Shown here: positions 1 to 12,829 of the stretch, one piece after another | Layout: each line of letters starts with the position of its first letter | Numbering within the stretch: the stretch's first letter is position 1 | Assembly: GCA_002269645.1 (NCBI GenBank) | Contig: NIVC01002340.1 | Coordinates: forward strand, 62,001-126,000 | From: Macrostomum lignano | Lineage: Eukaryota | DNA length: 64,000 nucleotides | Reading direction: 5' to 3' | Program-made: the position numbers and the translations under genes | Notes under the pieces: generated by a model | Database searches by the model: none | What the model was told of the DNA's origin: nothing | The model's input: only the letters and a program-made list of their open reading frames with translations

Positions 1-1562
1 TGTAATATGAGATATACAAGTATGTCCCATATACTAAATATACTATACTTTAAAGATTTGTAAAATTATGTCAGTAAAATTGTTTACTATCTAGAACTAT
101 AGAGGGTAATATTTAATTCATATAAATTCTAAAAAGCTTGTTTCAATTGATTCAAAATTCTAGGCCCCTAGCTAGCTAGCTCTTTATACTATATAGCAAA
201 GTTGGCAAAGAAAAACAAATTTATGATTTCATTTAGCAATAATAGAATTATTTGTCATTACAACTTAAAATAATTTATTACGATGCTATTCGAACCCATA
301 TTTTAATTAAAAATTCTGATGAAAACAGTAACTGAGCCAAAAAATAGCATTTAACCTAAAATAAATACTCTTAAGACCTTATAAATTGTATAACTGCATC
401 GCCACAAAACCATGTTGGTATAATTCCTTCTACTTTTTATATGCCCTATCAATCTAATATAAATATTAAATTAGAGATCTGGGTGCTAAGTGAAGAAAAA
501 CTAGCTCAGAACTTGTATTTAGTTAAACTTTATCTTCAAGTTACTAAATTGAAATGAATTGAAACAAGAGGTAAAACAATCAATCAAACAATCAAAACAA
601 TCAATTATGAAATCAAAAGGTTGATAACAATAGAAGCTTATTCTATGGTTCTGTTGTGATAGTGTAGTGTGTGTCATACTTTATTCGAAACAACTTTAGT
701 AGCTGAACGAACGAATTCTGGAGCTCCTGCTTCAGTGTTCGTTTCTAATAAAACAAATATTTAAAATATTTTCTTTTTTAATTGCGAAGCCTCGTTATTT
801 ACCGTTATAACATTGTAATCCTTCAAAAAAGATGAAAATTGCATTCTTCTCGTTCATCGTAATTTATCCTACAATTTTAGTATTTTATAAAAGTTGTAGC
901 CTTTATTTAATAATTATTTGATTAGTAATATTATGTTGGGTGCTCCTACATACTTTATACGTACACTATCTAGATAATATTTATATTAACTCACGGAAAA
1001 CCAGCAGTTAGAAAATATTCTGCCGCATAATTAAACGATTACCGAAGTGGTGCAGCTAACAGGAGGTCCTTTTAATTGAGGGATTATCCCATAGAGCTGC
1101 CGCGTGAAGTCCCAAAAATATGATCGCATGATTTGGGTTCAAGCAAACATTTCTTTCTAGGACGACAGACTATTGGGGAGGGCGCCCTTTCTTATTGATA
1201 TTTGCGCATGCCAGCCAAAATCACTGCAACTCTTTATGCCCTATGAGAATCTTGGACCGGAGTAAAGAATTGCAGGCTACACGTAACATACTGCTGTAAG
1301 TGTTTTCAGGCGACGGATGACGTTGTTATTCGTCGATGGAATATAAAAGTACATCATACAAAAGTACGTTGTCCGAAGTCGGATTGCCTGTACGCATTTG
1401 TGCTTAAACCTACTCATGCTTTTATATGTACATATATGTGCCATCATAGAAATACTCGTCAAAGCTGAAGCACCTGTAATGTAATTTGAGTAAAATGCAT
1501 GTAACATTTCTATAGCAGCCAGCTAGGATGGACCTGGAGTTTAAAGGTTAGAGAATACATAT

Positions 1563-2762
1563 GTATGTATCACAACCGACAATCGGAGCAGCCTCCAGCT
1601 TATCAACAGTAAGAAAGCTAATAATTACCCATTGGCGAACGAAATACGATCGTACACAGGACAATACAAACCATCATTGAGATGGGTTAAGTACGAGCGC
1701 GTAGTGACCATTTGCTGGGTCCTGCAGCACACTGCGGCCTCAGTGGTAATGAAGAAGTGGACGTGGCTGCGAAGGCGGAAGCTCGCCGGTTTTTTACTGT
1801 TGTATATGTAATGCCTGGTCCGGCTCCAGACCGCTCAGTGGACTACAGCGGATGACCTATAGATGATGAAGTCCTGTCAATCTGCAACCTGAGTGACCTC
1901 TAAGGTCGTTTCCAAGCAGCTCTCGACAAGGTTAATGAATGGGCAGCTCCCACCTGCTCATCGACATCAATCCGTCCAAAACAGAATGCTGTCTTCTAGT
2001 CTCCAGTGCATGGTTTTTGGGCTGACGGCTCGGTGCCCGGAGAATGGTACGGCTCGGCCTGGATCCACACTGACCGTTCCGGCTGCTCCATCATCCTGGG
2101 GGGCACGCCGCGGCTGGCCGCTGTTGCAGTTACTTTAAATCGAAGCTCATCACCATCTGGCTCATGGCTCTTCAGTATCTCATTACCACCGCGCCCAGCA
2201 ACGCCACCATCCTTTACCGACAGCCATTCCCTCCGACCACCCGACGACTAACCACCTTCTTGGAGGAAGTCAAGCTGCTCCTGATTCAAGCTTTGCGTTC
2301 AACTAAGATGACCTTGCATTAGGTTCCTGCATGGACACTCTGGGTGCTCAGAAGTTGATCGACACCGAAGCTAAGCACTCTGCCAGTCTCCCCCAAGACT
2401 AGGTTTCCATCACTCTCGCAGCTGCCAAGGAGAGAATCCGCGGCACTATCACAAGTTTCAACCTACTTTCTAGAGCTAGGGCCACCTCCTGGACGTCTTT
2501 GGCGCTCCAGTGACACACCACAATGGTCCTGTCAAACAGCAAAGCCTGGTCTCGCAGACCAGGGCAGGCCACTGCCCGGAGTCTACCGACCTACTATCGG
2601 AACCACACTGGCACCGCCATCGGCGACGTCTGTTGACTCTGTGGCGAGCTTCCGGGACAATTTCAGTGGGACCAACGGAGTTGAGCGCCTGTCTGATTTC
2701 TTCTCGCTCGGCGACATGGTGTTGCTGCTTTTGATGCAAACTGATTGGTGCCAACAACAACA
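1563..2762 (+). mobile_element. Decayed 3' part of an RNase H-containing non-LTR retrotransposon (two RNase H-like fragments, C-terminal Cys region, (AAC)n tail)
   Basis: 1563-1790 reads VCITTDNRSSLQ...TICWV then, after a frameshift, AHCGLSGNEEVDVAAKAEA (RNase H C-terminal motif). 2006-2390 has FWADGSV...FTDSHS...H*VPA. 2545-2580 has LVSQTRAGHCP, followed by C*LCGE. The segment ends in gccaacaacaac. Many stops and frameshifts. Confidence 0.7.
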
Positions 2763-3648
2763 AAAAGAACAGAATAAAGAACAATAACTACAACAAAAAC
2801 CACAAAAACAATACGCTGACAAAAATGTACTTTTTATATAATTAAAAATCCTTTTTACTGTTACTGAATAAGTTTGCGTGCATGGACTACTAAAACATGG
2901 AACTGGAAACCATATAAACATATTTTAGCATTGTGAATTAAGTATTTTCCATTTCATTTAAGATTGAAGCAAAGATTGGATAAAAATATTTTAGTGAAAT
3001 CAATTTATATGAGTATACTCAACGCAAGACACAACACCCGATCCTCCTCCTAGTAAGGGGTATAAAATTTGATGTCTGTTCGTAGAGTAACATATTCTTC
3101 CAAGTACTTAAAAAACTGGAATTTACAAACAGATTTGATTTGCGAGCAGGTTTTTTCTAAATCAAAATTTCAAAGGTTTCAAAAAATGTTTCCAAAACCT
3201 TGTTTGCTAGAATAAAAGATAGAAGAAAGTATATAAAAGTTTAACAAGAAGTGCGAGTGCATCAATCAAACAAAATTATTTACGCGGCATCCGGTTCTCT
3301 CTAACGCTAGAATTGAATAATTATAATGGAAAATCGCGACATCTAGTTTGCATACGCTAGGACTTTAGTTTCTAACTTTGGAGTGGTTTAGAACCGAACC
3401 ATGCAAAAATGAAACCAAAACCAAAACTCCGCTTTTTCAGAGACTCCCGTGCAAGCAAACACTACCTAAGCTACTAAATAAAGTAAAGTAATAACCGGCA
3501 ACCGATTTGTTTCGTTAATAAAGCCATCAACTTAGGATAAGGGATATTTTATGGTTCTACGAAAATTGCTACTGCTATTATTAGTGGTGTCTAAATCAAT
3601 CTGCAATACAAAAAACAGGAAATCGCTCAAAAGCCATTCATAAACGGT

Positions 3649-5470
3649 TTACATGTTCATAAACACCCTTCGCAGTCCCATCTTCTTGCACAAGTCGTTG
3701 CACTCGTGCTTCTGAAGGTATCTCCGGATGCCGGATTTGCCTAAGTTCCAAGGCAAAAAGCGAGTGACGTCTGAGCAGTGAATCTTCGCGCTTTTTATCA
3801 GGGCCTCGCTTGCTTCGTCCGACAACGTCTTGGAGCAGCGCGTGAATATCTACAAAAGTCAGGTGTTTTTCAGGCTATGCTTCGGAATATAAAGTAAAAG
3901 TACGCTTGTAGCTCGTACATATGCTATTGAATCTTAAAAATTGACGCGTGTTTGCGTGTTAACAGACCTCAAGACCTTCCACTAGCAAATAGCCGCCAGT
4001 GATAGCATGTGTCCAGTGCGCAAAACAGTCAAGAACGGGCAAGTTTGGATCTACTAGCTTGAATCGTTGAGAAGCGGAGAAACAGTGCTTTTCAGGGTTG
4101 CCTGAGGACGCTTGCTTAGAGGACGAGTTTCCAGTACCAGCGGCACCTCTGCAATCAGATTCAACTGGGTTAGCTGACGTCACTTCACCTGGATTCCAGT
4201 CGTCGTCAATTATTTCAAATTGATTGGCTCCCGCGAGCTTCTTCTCAAATCGAAATGGGCATAGCAGTGCTGGATCGAGTCCTGCACGTCGCGTCCTTGG
4301 AATGATGACGGCAGTCGTGAAGGGCTTGACGACTCGTACGATTTTATTCAACCTGTTGAACTCCTGAAATAAAAACGTCGCTACCTGAAGAATCTCGCAA
4401 GTATTGAGAAGAACGAAAGGCTGCTTGAACGTATTTTTTAAGTCGGATACAAGGAACTCTCGCACAGTTGCTTTGTGCCATGCCGCTTCTCCCTCTTTGA
4501 GTAGCGCAAAGTACTCCGCAACCAGTCCTTGTAGCGCGAAGGGACGGGCAGATTTCTTCACTTGCACGCTGAAGACGGTTCGGCTGAGTTCGGAACCGTC
4601 AACGATGCTCTGTATTGAAGCCGGCACGCCAATAGCATGGTACTGAAAGTCTTCTGCAGCCGCATCCTTCCAATCCGGAGCGCCCAAATCGGGGGTCGCA
4701 GTCGCTACGGTGAAATTTGGAATACCGCAGATTTCAACTTGGGCATTGCGGAACCGCCTGTACGCATCTTGAAGAATTTTTTCTACTAGGGCGTCACTGC
4801 TCCTCAATTCAATGGCTTCCATGCCGACGAAGTGTTTCTTGAGTACAGTTAAAACTTTTTCATCCCTACTGATAGGGACCCAGTAGTAACTCAGATTCTT
4901 CTGACGGAAGCTGTCACCAACTATTGACGCACTGTCCTCAATTGCTTTTGATGCTGGATTGAAATTCTGTGACTTGTCCGTGAAGTGAACGACAGCTTTC
5001 AAGCTAGAAATCGCTTCGTGCATCTCTTGACAAACCCATTCGGAAAAGTTCATCCCCTCGAACTCGTCCACTAAAGAAACCGATGAACATCCACGCATAA
5101 GAGTACTTCTTGGACTGTCTACTAGGTCCAGAATGTCTTGAATGTCAGATGTACAGGTGATCACTTGATAGCCCTGTTTCCTATAAAATACAGCCGCCAC
5201 TAACACGGCAGTAGAAATTTTTTGCTCAGAGTGTTTGGTTTTCCGCGACAATGCAAGGATAGCTTTTCGAATTGAGTTGCGATGCCTGAAATCAGTCAGA
5301 ACTTTCGCCTTTCGCTCTTCTTCTTTTAAAAGCTGCTGAACTTTCTGATTTCGCAGTTGAATTGCAATTTGGAAGCGGCGGACGAGCTACTCCTCATTCT
5401 CGGTGGGCCTTCCGTATCCCAGCTCGCTCTGCTCGAAGATCCACCGAATTCGTTCATTAATGGACAACAT
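3649..5470 (-). CDS. Alpha-kinase-family pseudokinase with degenerate vWA-like region; 2 exons (5470-3968, 3849-3649); in-frame TAG at codon 28
   Basis: FAHWTHAITGGYLLVEGLE matches the alpha-kinase FSHWT...VDLQG motif. A phase-0 GT-AG intron (3967-3850) joins it to IFTRC...IHCSDVTRFLPWNLGKSGIRRYLQKHECNDLC (HxCNxxC Zn finger). The frame is open from 5386; ATG at 5470 lies upstream of TAG 5389-5387. Catalytic K, D and D are replaced. Confidence 0.85.
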
Positions 5471-5729
5471 AGCATACGATGAAGTCTGCAATGAGGATGA
5501 ATGCTGAAGTAATGAGTTGATATTACGAGCATAATTGCTTGGTTATCAGCAAAGAGGAGGCTATTTTTAATGTACTATATAAACCATGAGTAAAGTGGAG
5601 TCAATGAAATTGAGGGAAATTATTTTTAAAATCTATACTCAAAAGGTTTCAGTTAAAAAATCCAGTTCCTTCCCTCACCCAAGACCCTTACCCATTTAGC
5701 TATGCGTGTCTCTTTGATTTATGTCTTAC

Positions 5730-5990
5730 GAGCTAAAGCACATCTTCTGCCTCCCAGGTGCTGGGATGAAGTCAAAGTAACTTCAACTGTGAATGCCCTG
5801 CCTTTATTCAGGACAGGCTCACCTACCTCGGCCCCAACCCGGACGTTTCCAACAACGTTTTCAGGCTTGATAATTTCTACCTAAGGGCTAACGGGCGAGC
5901 GTGGAGGTGGACCGCACTGCGGACGCCGGCACCCACCGGATCTCCTTGTACGACGCTGCGGCCAGGGGTCGCGAGTGGTTAGCAGAATGT
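5730..5990 (+). mobile_element. Probable LINE 3'-end remnant between the kinase genes
   Basis: Frame from 5788 reads CECPAFIQDRLTYLG, resembling the H...ECP...R..YLG tail of RNase H-type LINE ORF2. Short and frameshifted. Confidence 0.4.
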
Positions 5991-7499
5991 TCGTCAACGC
6001 CTCCCCGCTGTACCCTGAGCCCCTTGCAGCTAAGTCAAAGTATAGTACATCTTGTTATGCTGGACATGGCCACCGTGTCTTTATGCATTGGTGTTAATCA
6101 AAACTAAAAGAGAAAGTTAGCAGGGACGCATCCATAGAGACCTGGGAATGAATGTCCGACCGGAAATGCTATATTTATTAGGCCTATAGACTTCTCTGTC
6201 CGAAGCATGCATGCAATTATCAATATAGTGCGTGTGGTTTAGGAAATTTTGTCTATGGTCGAACTTTATCAAGGTACTAGCAATCTGCGTCGCCCGTTTG
6301 AGAAGAAACAAAAATTAAATAAGCTACATGTAGCTCGTAGGATATGACCTTGTACAATCACTATTGTTAGTTTCTTAAGAAAAATGATCTTTAAACCAAA
6401 AAAGCATCAGCCCTGAAAGTGAAAGCCAGCTATCTAGCCTAAGATATCAGCATCCCCTATGAGCTTTGGCTCAAAGCATCTGACGCAACTCATGAGCCAC
6501 AGCATTTCAGCAATAGCCTCCATGAGCCTTGACATCTCAGCAACTTCCCATCAGCTTGTCCCGATTCCAGTATTTAGTTGGCCCCTAACTGGATCCCGAT
6601 CCAGAATCGTCTGAATGCGCCCATGAAACTTATAGCTATACAGCATGCAGCTACATATGCACTTTTATATGATTTATAGCTGTACAGTTTATGAATTGAA
6701 CTCGTCAATATTACAGTCACATACTGACATACCTGGTTTTATCCCGAGTCTTGATGGTCCCAAACAAATAAATTTATGTAGCCCAAACACCGTCAATAAC
6801 AGTTTTGGAAAACTAGTCGCGAAAGTACTCGATTAGTACTGGTTCGTCTTTCCTGGAAAACGTCTTGAATCTTTTGGCGTAGTTAAAATTTGGTTTCGTG
6901 TGCAATGCTGTGCAATTCAAAGATACTGGACTTTCCAGTTCGCTTCTCCCGCATTTTATAAAAATTATTTGCCTTCTATGTGCGATTGGTCATTTCCTAT
7001 GAATGGACGAAACGCACACAAGTCCCACAATGGCGTACAACAGCTCGTACAGCAGCTTTTTCCAAGAAAGTCTAGCAATTGATTCATCTATTTCCAAGAA
7101 ATTCTAGCAATTGACTCATCTATTTCCTAGAAATTCTTTGCAAAGTTCTGCGTTGCTAAATTCCTGTCTCTGTATCCTAATGGACGGCTTCAGAGTCTCA
7201 TTACCTTGATTGTACAATTGCTAAGGGGACGAAAGTGCGGTCCCTCTCTTTCGCTCTTCATCTCATAAAGTCAAATCCTACTCTTCCTAGAACAAAACGT
7301 ACAGTCAGAAAGTACAGTTAAAGCAAAAAGTCAAAGCGTACAGTCAAATAATTTTAATCCAAATCTTAGCATGGCCTGTCCGTTATTACGAGCGTATATC
7401 CTTTAAATTTCATATCGCATTAGTTTTAACTCACAAAGCAGACAAAGGACACGACTTTTTGCCCCAAGCTTTTGGAAACTAATTCCAAAAAGTAAAAAT

Positions 7500-9247
7500 A
7501 TGGACCTAAGTCGGCTAAACAAGAGACTGCGCAACATTTGCGAGAACGGAGGGGTGGAGTTTGGTCTTGACCCCACAGATGAAGAAGAGCAAGTCAGACG
7601 CTTCAAGCTGGCGCTGGCCATCACGCAGGACAATATTAAAAAGACCATGAGCCAAATAAAGCAATCGAGGAGTGTCGACATGTGCTTTCTACTCGACGCC
7701 ACTGGCAGTATGGCTGGGCACATTGCTGGAACAAAGGACAGCATAAAGAAGATAGTGAACACTCTAGTTCGCAGCCAGCAAAATCAGGCGACTGTTGAGA
7801 AGATCCGGTTTGCCGTTGTAGCCTACCGAGACTTGACCGATTCTGTTCCGCTTGAAGTATTCGACTTCAGCGAAAACAGCCAACAGTGCGTCAGCTTTCT
7901 GGAAAAAATTGCTGCTACAGGCGGAGGTGACGCACCGGAAGACGTGTTCGGGGGGTTGGAGGCCACCACGAAACTCAACTGGTCAGAAACCGCAGGCACG
8001 CGGATCATTTTTCACATCTGCGACGCTCCGTGCCACGGAAATGAATATCATACAAGCGAGCTCGGTGACAGCCACCCGAACGGGGACCCAAAGGGTCGCA
8101 CGGAGCATTATCTGTTCGATAAAATAAAAAAACTGAAAATCGACTATTACTTTGGAGAGATCAACAAGTCAACAGCGCAAATGCTGATCAAGTTTGCCAT
8201 CGCCTACGGTAGAACAATTGAGCACTTTGAAGTGGCAGGAATTGAGCAGATAGCTGGATCGGTTATTCAATCGATCGCCACTTCAGTCGAACGAAACGTA
8301 GAAAATTCCAAGTTGGTCGCTTGCCCCAAAAATCTGCCTGAAGTTGCGTTGAAACCGGAGATTCCAGACTGGTCAAAAAGGCCTGTGAATGTAGGCCACT
8401 TTTTGGAGTTTGTTGTTCCATCTTCAATTGCTTGTATCATTGACGACAAAGCTATTAAACAGGAGCACGGCAGCTCCGTAAAAGTCAGGATATCCGAAAG
8501 TCCTTTTGCCCAGGGTGCAGAAAGGCTTGCGTTTTATGCACTGTTGGCAGATTTAGAGGAGCACACTTCTGGCGATAGTCCATCTTCCGACCAGCTAATG
8601 GTACTAAAAGAGCCAAAAAGTATGAATAAGCACGATAAAATCCTGGACAGATGCAATTCGTCATGCGAGGTGCAAACAATCGCAGCCTTTCTTGCAACCG
8701 AGTTCAGTAAGTCAACGCCCAGCGGTATCGAGATCAAGTTCATTACAACAAAGACGCTTGTTCTCAGCCAACCATCCAGCAGAACAATGACGTGCGAAGA
8801 GTTCATGGGGAAGGACGCTCTGTTTGTGAAGTTTACAAACAACCTCAACTACACTGTGGAGAGGCGCGCTGACGAGATGAAAAAGTATGGAATTGAGCCC
8901 GAGGCATTGGATTACATCACGGCATTCTCGCACTGGACTTGGAACGCAACTAAAGGCTTTCTGATCGTTGTGGACCTTCAGGTTGTTCTCTTTTTATACC
9001 ATGCACTGATCTGTTCATAACACTTTTCAGCATTTTCTATATAGCAAAACCATCACATATCCTACTTCAGGGCTGCATCCGAAAGTCGTCCGGAAACTCG
9101 AAGCCGCAGATCTGGATGACTGACCCGGCAATCCACTGCAAGGACGTCACACGGTACCATCCAACGAACCTTGGTGCGGACGGCATCAAAGAGTTCTTTG
9201 GCACGCACCAGTGCAACCGTTTTTGCAAGGATCTGAACAAGCCATAA
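7500..9247 (+). CDS. vWA-domain alpha-kinase (VwkA-like architecture), 2 exons (7500-8981, 9071-9247), 552 aa
   Basis: vWA MIDAS-like DMCFLLDATGSM and GGGDAPEDV. Kinase motifs PFAQGAERLAF, VLK, CEVQ, KFTNN, AFSHWT, VVDLQ|G, TDPAIH, NLG, HQCNRFC. Intron GT 8982 to ttcag 9070, phase 0; stop TAA 9245-9247. Confidence 0.93.
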
Positions 9248-10679
9248 CTGATTGTGATCACTTTATGAATATACTTTTGCGAATTGGGATTAATAGTACA
9301 TAGCACCGAAAAACCTAATGCCTAAGTTTGTGACAGCAATAATTAGACCATAGTTAGTGTTCTCTATACGCTCGTGCTATTTACAATTAACTTGTACTGA
9401 GTTTGAAATTCTCTCCTTGGACACCACATTTCTAAGTTTTGCCCTACTAAATTTACTGGAATAGACCTCAATCGCTAGACTTTCTGCCTTATGAAAGCAT
9501 TGTGCTAATTAATTACATCCAATATTGATTTGGCCAATGAGCCGACCCAAAATGCTATATTCTTCTAACTCGTATCCATGGCATCAATCGGATCCTAATG
9601 TCTTACCTAGCTTACTCTCAAATCCCTTTGAAATTATGAAAAGTTTTTTTCCAGTTTTTGATGGCTTGCGCTTTTAATAAGTCTGGAAGTTTCTTTATTT
9701 GTTCAAAAGCCAAAGCGAAACGTACTTCCTCGAGCATCACTACTGCAAGTAGTTAATGTTATCAAAAAGTTTTTTCTATTCTTATTCAACTCTTACGGAT
9801 GGGTCGTTTTTTGTTTTAAGCCGACATGATTTGATTGATGTTCCCCCAAATTCGGCGTATTTATCCAGGAGAATTCTTGCTAGCTGTTGACAACTTGCTA
9901 CATAGCGGTTAAGAAATATATGAAACAACACAAAATTTTTGACACTCTGATTTTTTTGGACGCCCGGAACCGAACGCGATATATTGGATGGATAGAAAAA
10001 ATGAATAGAAGCATTTTTTATCTATGAAAATTAATAGTAGACACAATTTGAGCTAGATCCACGACCTATGCTAAATATTTATTCGAAATTAATAGATCCG
10101 AAGCTCTATTACGAGTATTTTTCATGCGAGACAGCTGCTAAGAGTACATTTACATACATGTGATGTAAATTACATTAAATTACATTAAATTAAAGTAAAT
10201 TACATTTACATTACATACATAATTTGCAAGGCGTTTTCACCAATTTGCCAGCCTGGAGTGTGACTGGTATTTGACTGCAACAGTATTCGATTTAATAAAC
10301 ATTAAATTTTGTCAATTACATTCCTGTGCTGATAATTTTATGATTAGCTAATAGCTTTAGATAGATGTACATGAAATTTACATGCTTTCAAAAGCATTAA
10401 AAAAATAATTTCTTTAGTTTGAATACAGCTTGTAATGGTAAGAGCAGATTTATCAACTATTAGACTCCAATCAATCTATCTAACAAACCGTAAAAATAGC
10501 ACGAAATAAATTCAACCTTACTTGCTTCAAAATTACCGTTTGATGGTGGAACAATAACTTTTACAGAAACCTATAAGCCAGCTTTGAAGTGATTCTTTAG
10601 TACTCGTAAATACCATGAGTCGGCAAAGTCCGTCCCACGGGCCACAGGCGGCCCGCGAAGCCTCTCTATCCTCGGGTCG

Positions 10680-11025
10680 TTGAGACACTTCTCTACTCTT
10701 TTCTCTTTGATTTCTTCTCTCTCACCTAGTCTCTAATCTCCTCCTTCCTCTTCTCTCTCCTCTCCTCTCCTCTCTCCTCTCTCCTCTCTCTCTCTTCTCC
10801 TCTCTCCTCTCTCTCTTCTCTTCTTTCTCATTTCATCTCACGTCTCCTCTTTCCTCTTCTCTCTCCTCTTCTCTCTCCTCTCCCCTCTCCTCTCCCCTCT
10901 TCTCTCCTCTCTTCTCTCCTCTCTCCTCTCTCTCCTTTTCCCTGTCCTCTCTCATCTCCTGTCCTCTCTCTTCTTCTCTCTTCTCTCCCTTCTCCTCTCT
11001 CCTCTTCCCTCTCCTCTCCTCTCTC
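10680..11025. repeat. CT-rich low-complexity tract
   Basis: Continuous (CTCTC/CTTCT)n; source of the spurious E/R-rich ORFs. Confidence 0.95.
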
Positions 11026-11027
11026 GA

Positions 11028-11107
11028 GGAGCAAGACACTTAAATCTGCATTGCTTCAGTTCACACAGCTGTAAAATGGGTATCAGCATTAGCTGGAGTA
11101 ATTGAGG
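11028..11107 (+). mobile_element. SINE family A core fragment
   Basis: gagcaagacact...ctgcattgcttcagttcacacagctgtaaaatgggtatcagcattagctgg matches the central part of the copies at 55565 and 57275. Confidence 0.8.
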
Positions 11108-12829
11108 ACGTATGTACGTTTGATGTAAAAGTTGTGTGATCACGCAAAATTTTGTCTTACTTGAAGGCGGTGTGAACGAGCCTTTAACAAAGAAAATTGT
11201 GACAATGATTCCAGTTCGCCTGACATCCGGATCAAACTTCGCTTGACTGAATTAATGACCAAATAAATTTCTTTTCGGAGGTACGGATTAAAAAAAACTG
11301 TACTGGGAAGCAAAAATTATTTCAGCCCTGTTAAAAATGTCTGATTTTATGGCGATCACTCCGGAGGTTGCGACTGCCGTGATATCGATACGGACCCCCG
11401 CTGCTCACAGAATCCCAACCAGCTACTGCATCATGATAACGCGCGGTAGTTAAGAACAATGAATAGTGCATTCGGGAAGCCTTGGTAACTGGAAAAATGC
11501 ATTGGGCATCGGTCATCCGACCGAGCCCGCAGAGCAACATGCGGCCCAGACCCATGGGCGCATGCGGCGGCCACTTAAACTCTAACCTGCATGCAGGTTG
11601 ACCACTAAAGCTATTCTAACCGCGGCTACGATTGAAATCACGGGAACGGATGGAACTGCATGCTCCCCGCTGCAGCCGCCGGGCCAGACCACTTGCATAG
11701 AAATTCCCGACTTTGACTCCGCGGGGGGCGCGGCGGCGGGAGTTTCCGGAAGCTGACGCGGCGAAGCTCCCTGTCTGTCTCAAGGCAAGTTCCACCGTCC
11801 GTTCCCCCCACTGTCTCCTTCAGCAGGCCTTGACAACGCAGCTCAGTAGGGGGGAGGGGGGATGGCGAAAAGAGTCTGGGAAGAAGTTTTGGGAAATTTT
11901 CGTACCCGTGGGAGATTAGGAATGGTCACTCCTATGCCAATCCCTATCTAGTCGCTAGGGGTGCCTTGCTGACGTTGTCGCGGGAGGGGGTGCCATAGTG
12001 GGATCTGGAGGACGGCGCCGGAGTATTAGAACAGATTTAGGTGTTGGCAAAGCGGTGGGAACCTGCGCGTGTATAGGGGGACAGTTTTTTCTTCTCCTGT
12101 TTCTGGCCAGGACCCCGCCGAGTGATTGACAAAAACACAAGCCCCCCGGACTTAATTCCCATACGCAACTAGCAGCCATGAGGAAATCCGCCCCGCCGTT
12201 TGAAAAAACAAAGACCTGTGGGAATTAAAAGTAGGGGGGCAAAGCAAAAAGTGGGACAAAACACATGCTGGGGGTCCAGAGGCGTTGTAAAAACGGATTT
12301 GGGTTGCCTCCACTTGGTTCGCCTCCTGCAGTGTCCCATGCGTGGGCTTTCGTGACCAGATGTCTATGGCTGGAATTCCTCCGGCTCCTGCCATCAAACT
12401 TCTACCAGAAGCAGATTTTTCTCTGTCAGGTCGGCTAGATGAAGCAAAAAAGCAACATACCTGTCCCATATGAGCGATGGACGGACTGTTTAAACGCAAT
12501 GGATTGCAGTATGACACTGCAGAATATTGAAATTTTCGGTGATTTGTCAACCGAGGTATACAATGCCAAGTTCATGAATTTCAGCATTTCGTCATGTGAG
12601 CGCTTCGAATTCATCTTTAGTGTTGCTTTTTTCAAAACGCGGAATGCGTCGGTTTATTTAGTTAGTTATTTATTCATTTCAGTTGTGCAGATTTTTTGCC
12701 AATTTAGTGGCAAGAATCTACAAACTCGGTATGTGCATAACTGCATAAATTCATTTCGCAGGCGGCCTATAAACTTATAATAAAATTCTAGCTGAAAAAC
12801 TTCAACCCAGTAATCACCCAGCCCATAAA

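Noticed and set aside
8982-9020. ORF-track C-termini VVLFLYHALICS (and VC at 3967-3959)
   Set aside because: Intron read-through; splicing restores the conserved kinase C-lobe.
10614-11556. hAT/Charlie-like terminus (catgagtcggcaaagtccgtcccacgggccac) with a possible partner near 11550
   Set aside because: The right end is too degenerate and there is no 8-bp TSD.
12055-12224. Two CSL/Su(H) sites (GTGGGAA) ~4.4 kb upstream of Notch
   Set aside because: Not arranged as a paired site, located inside a probable repeat, and expected by chance at this frequency.
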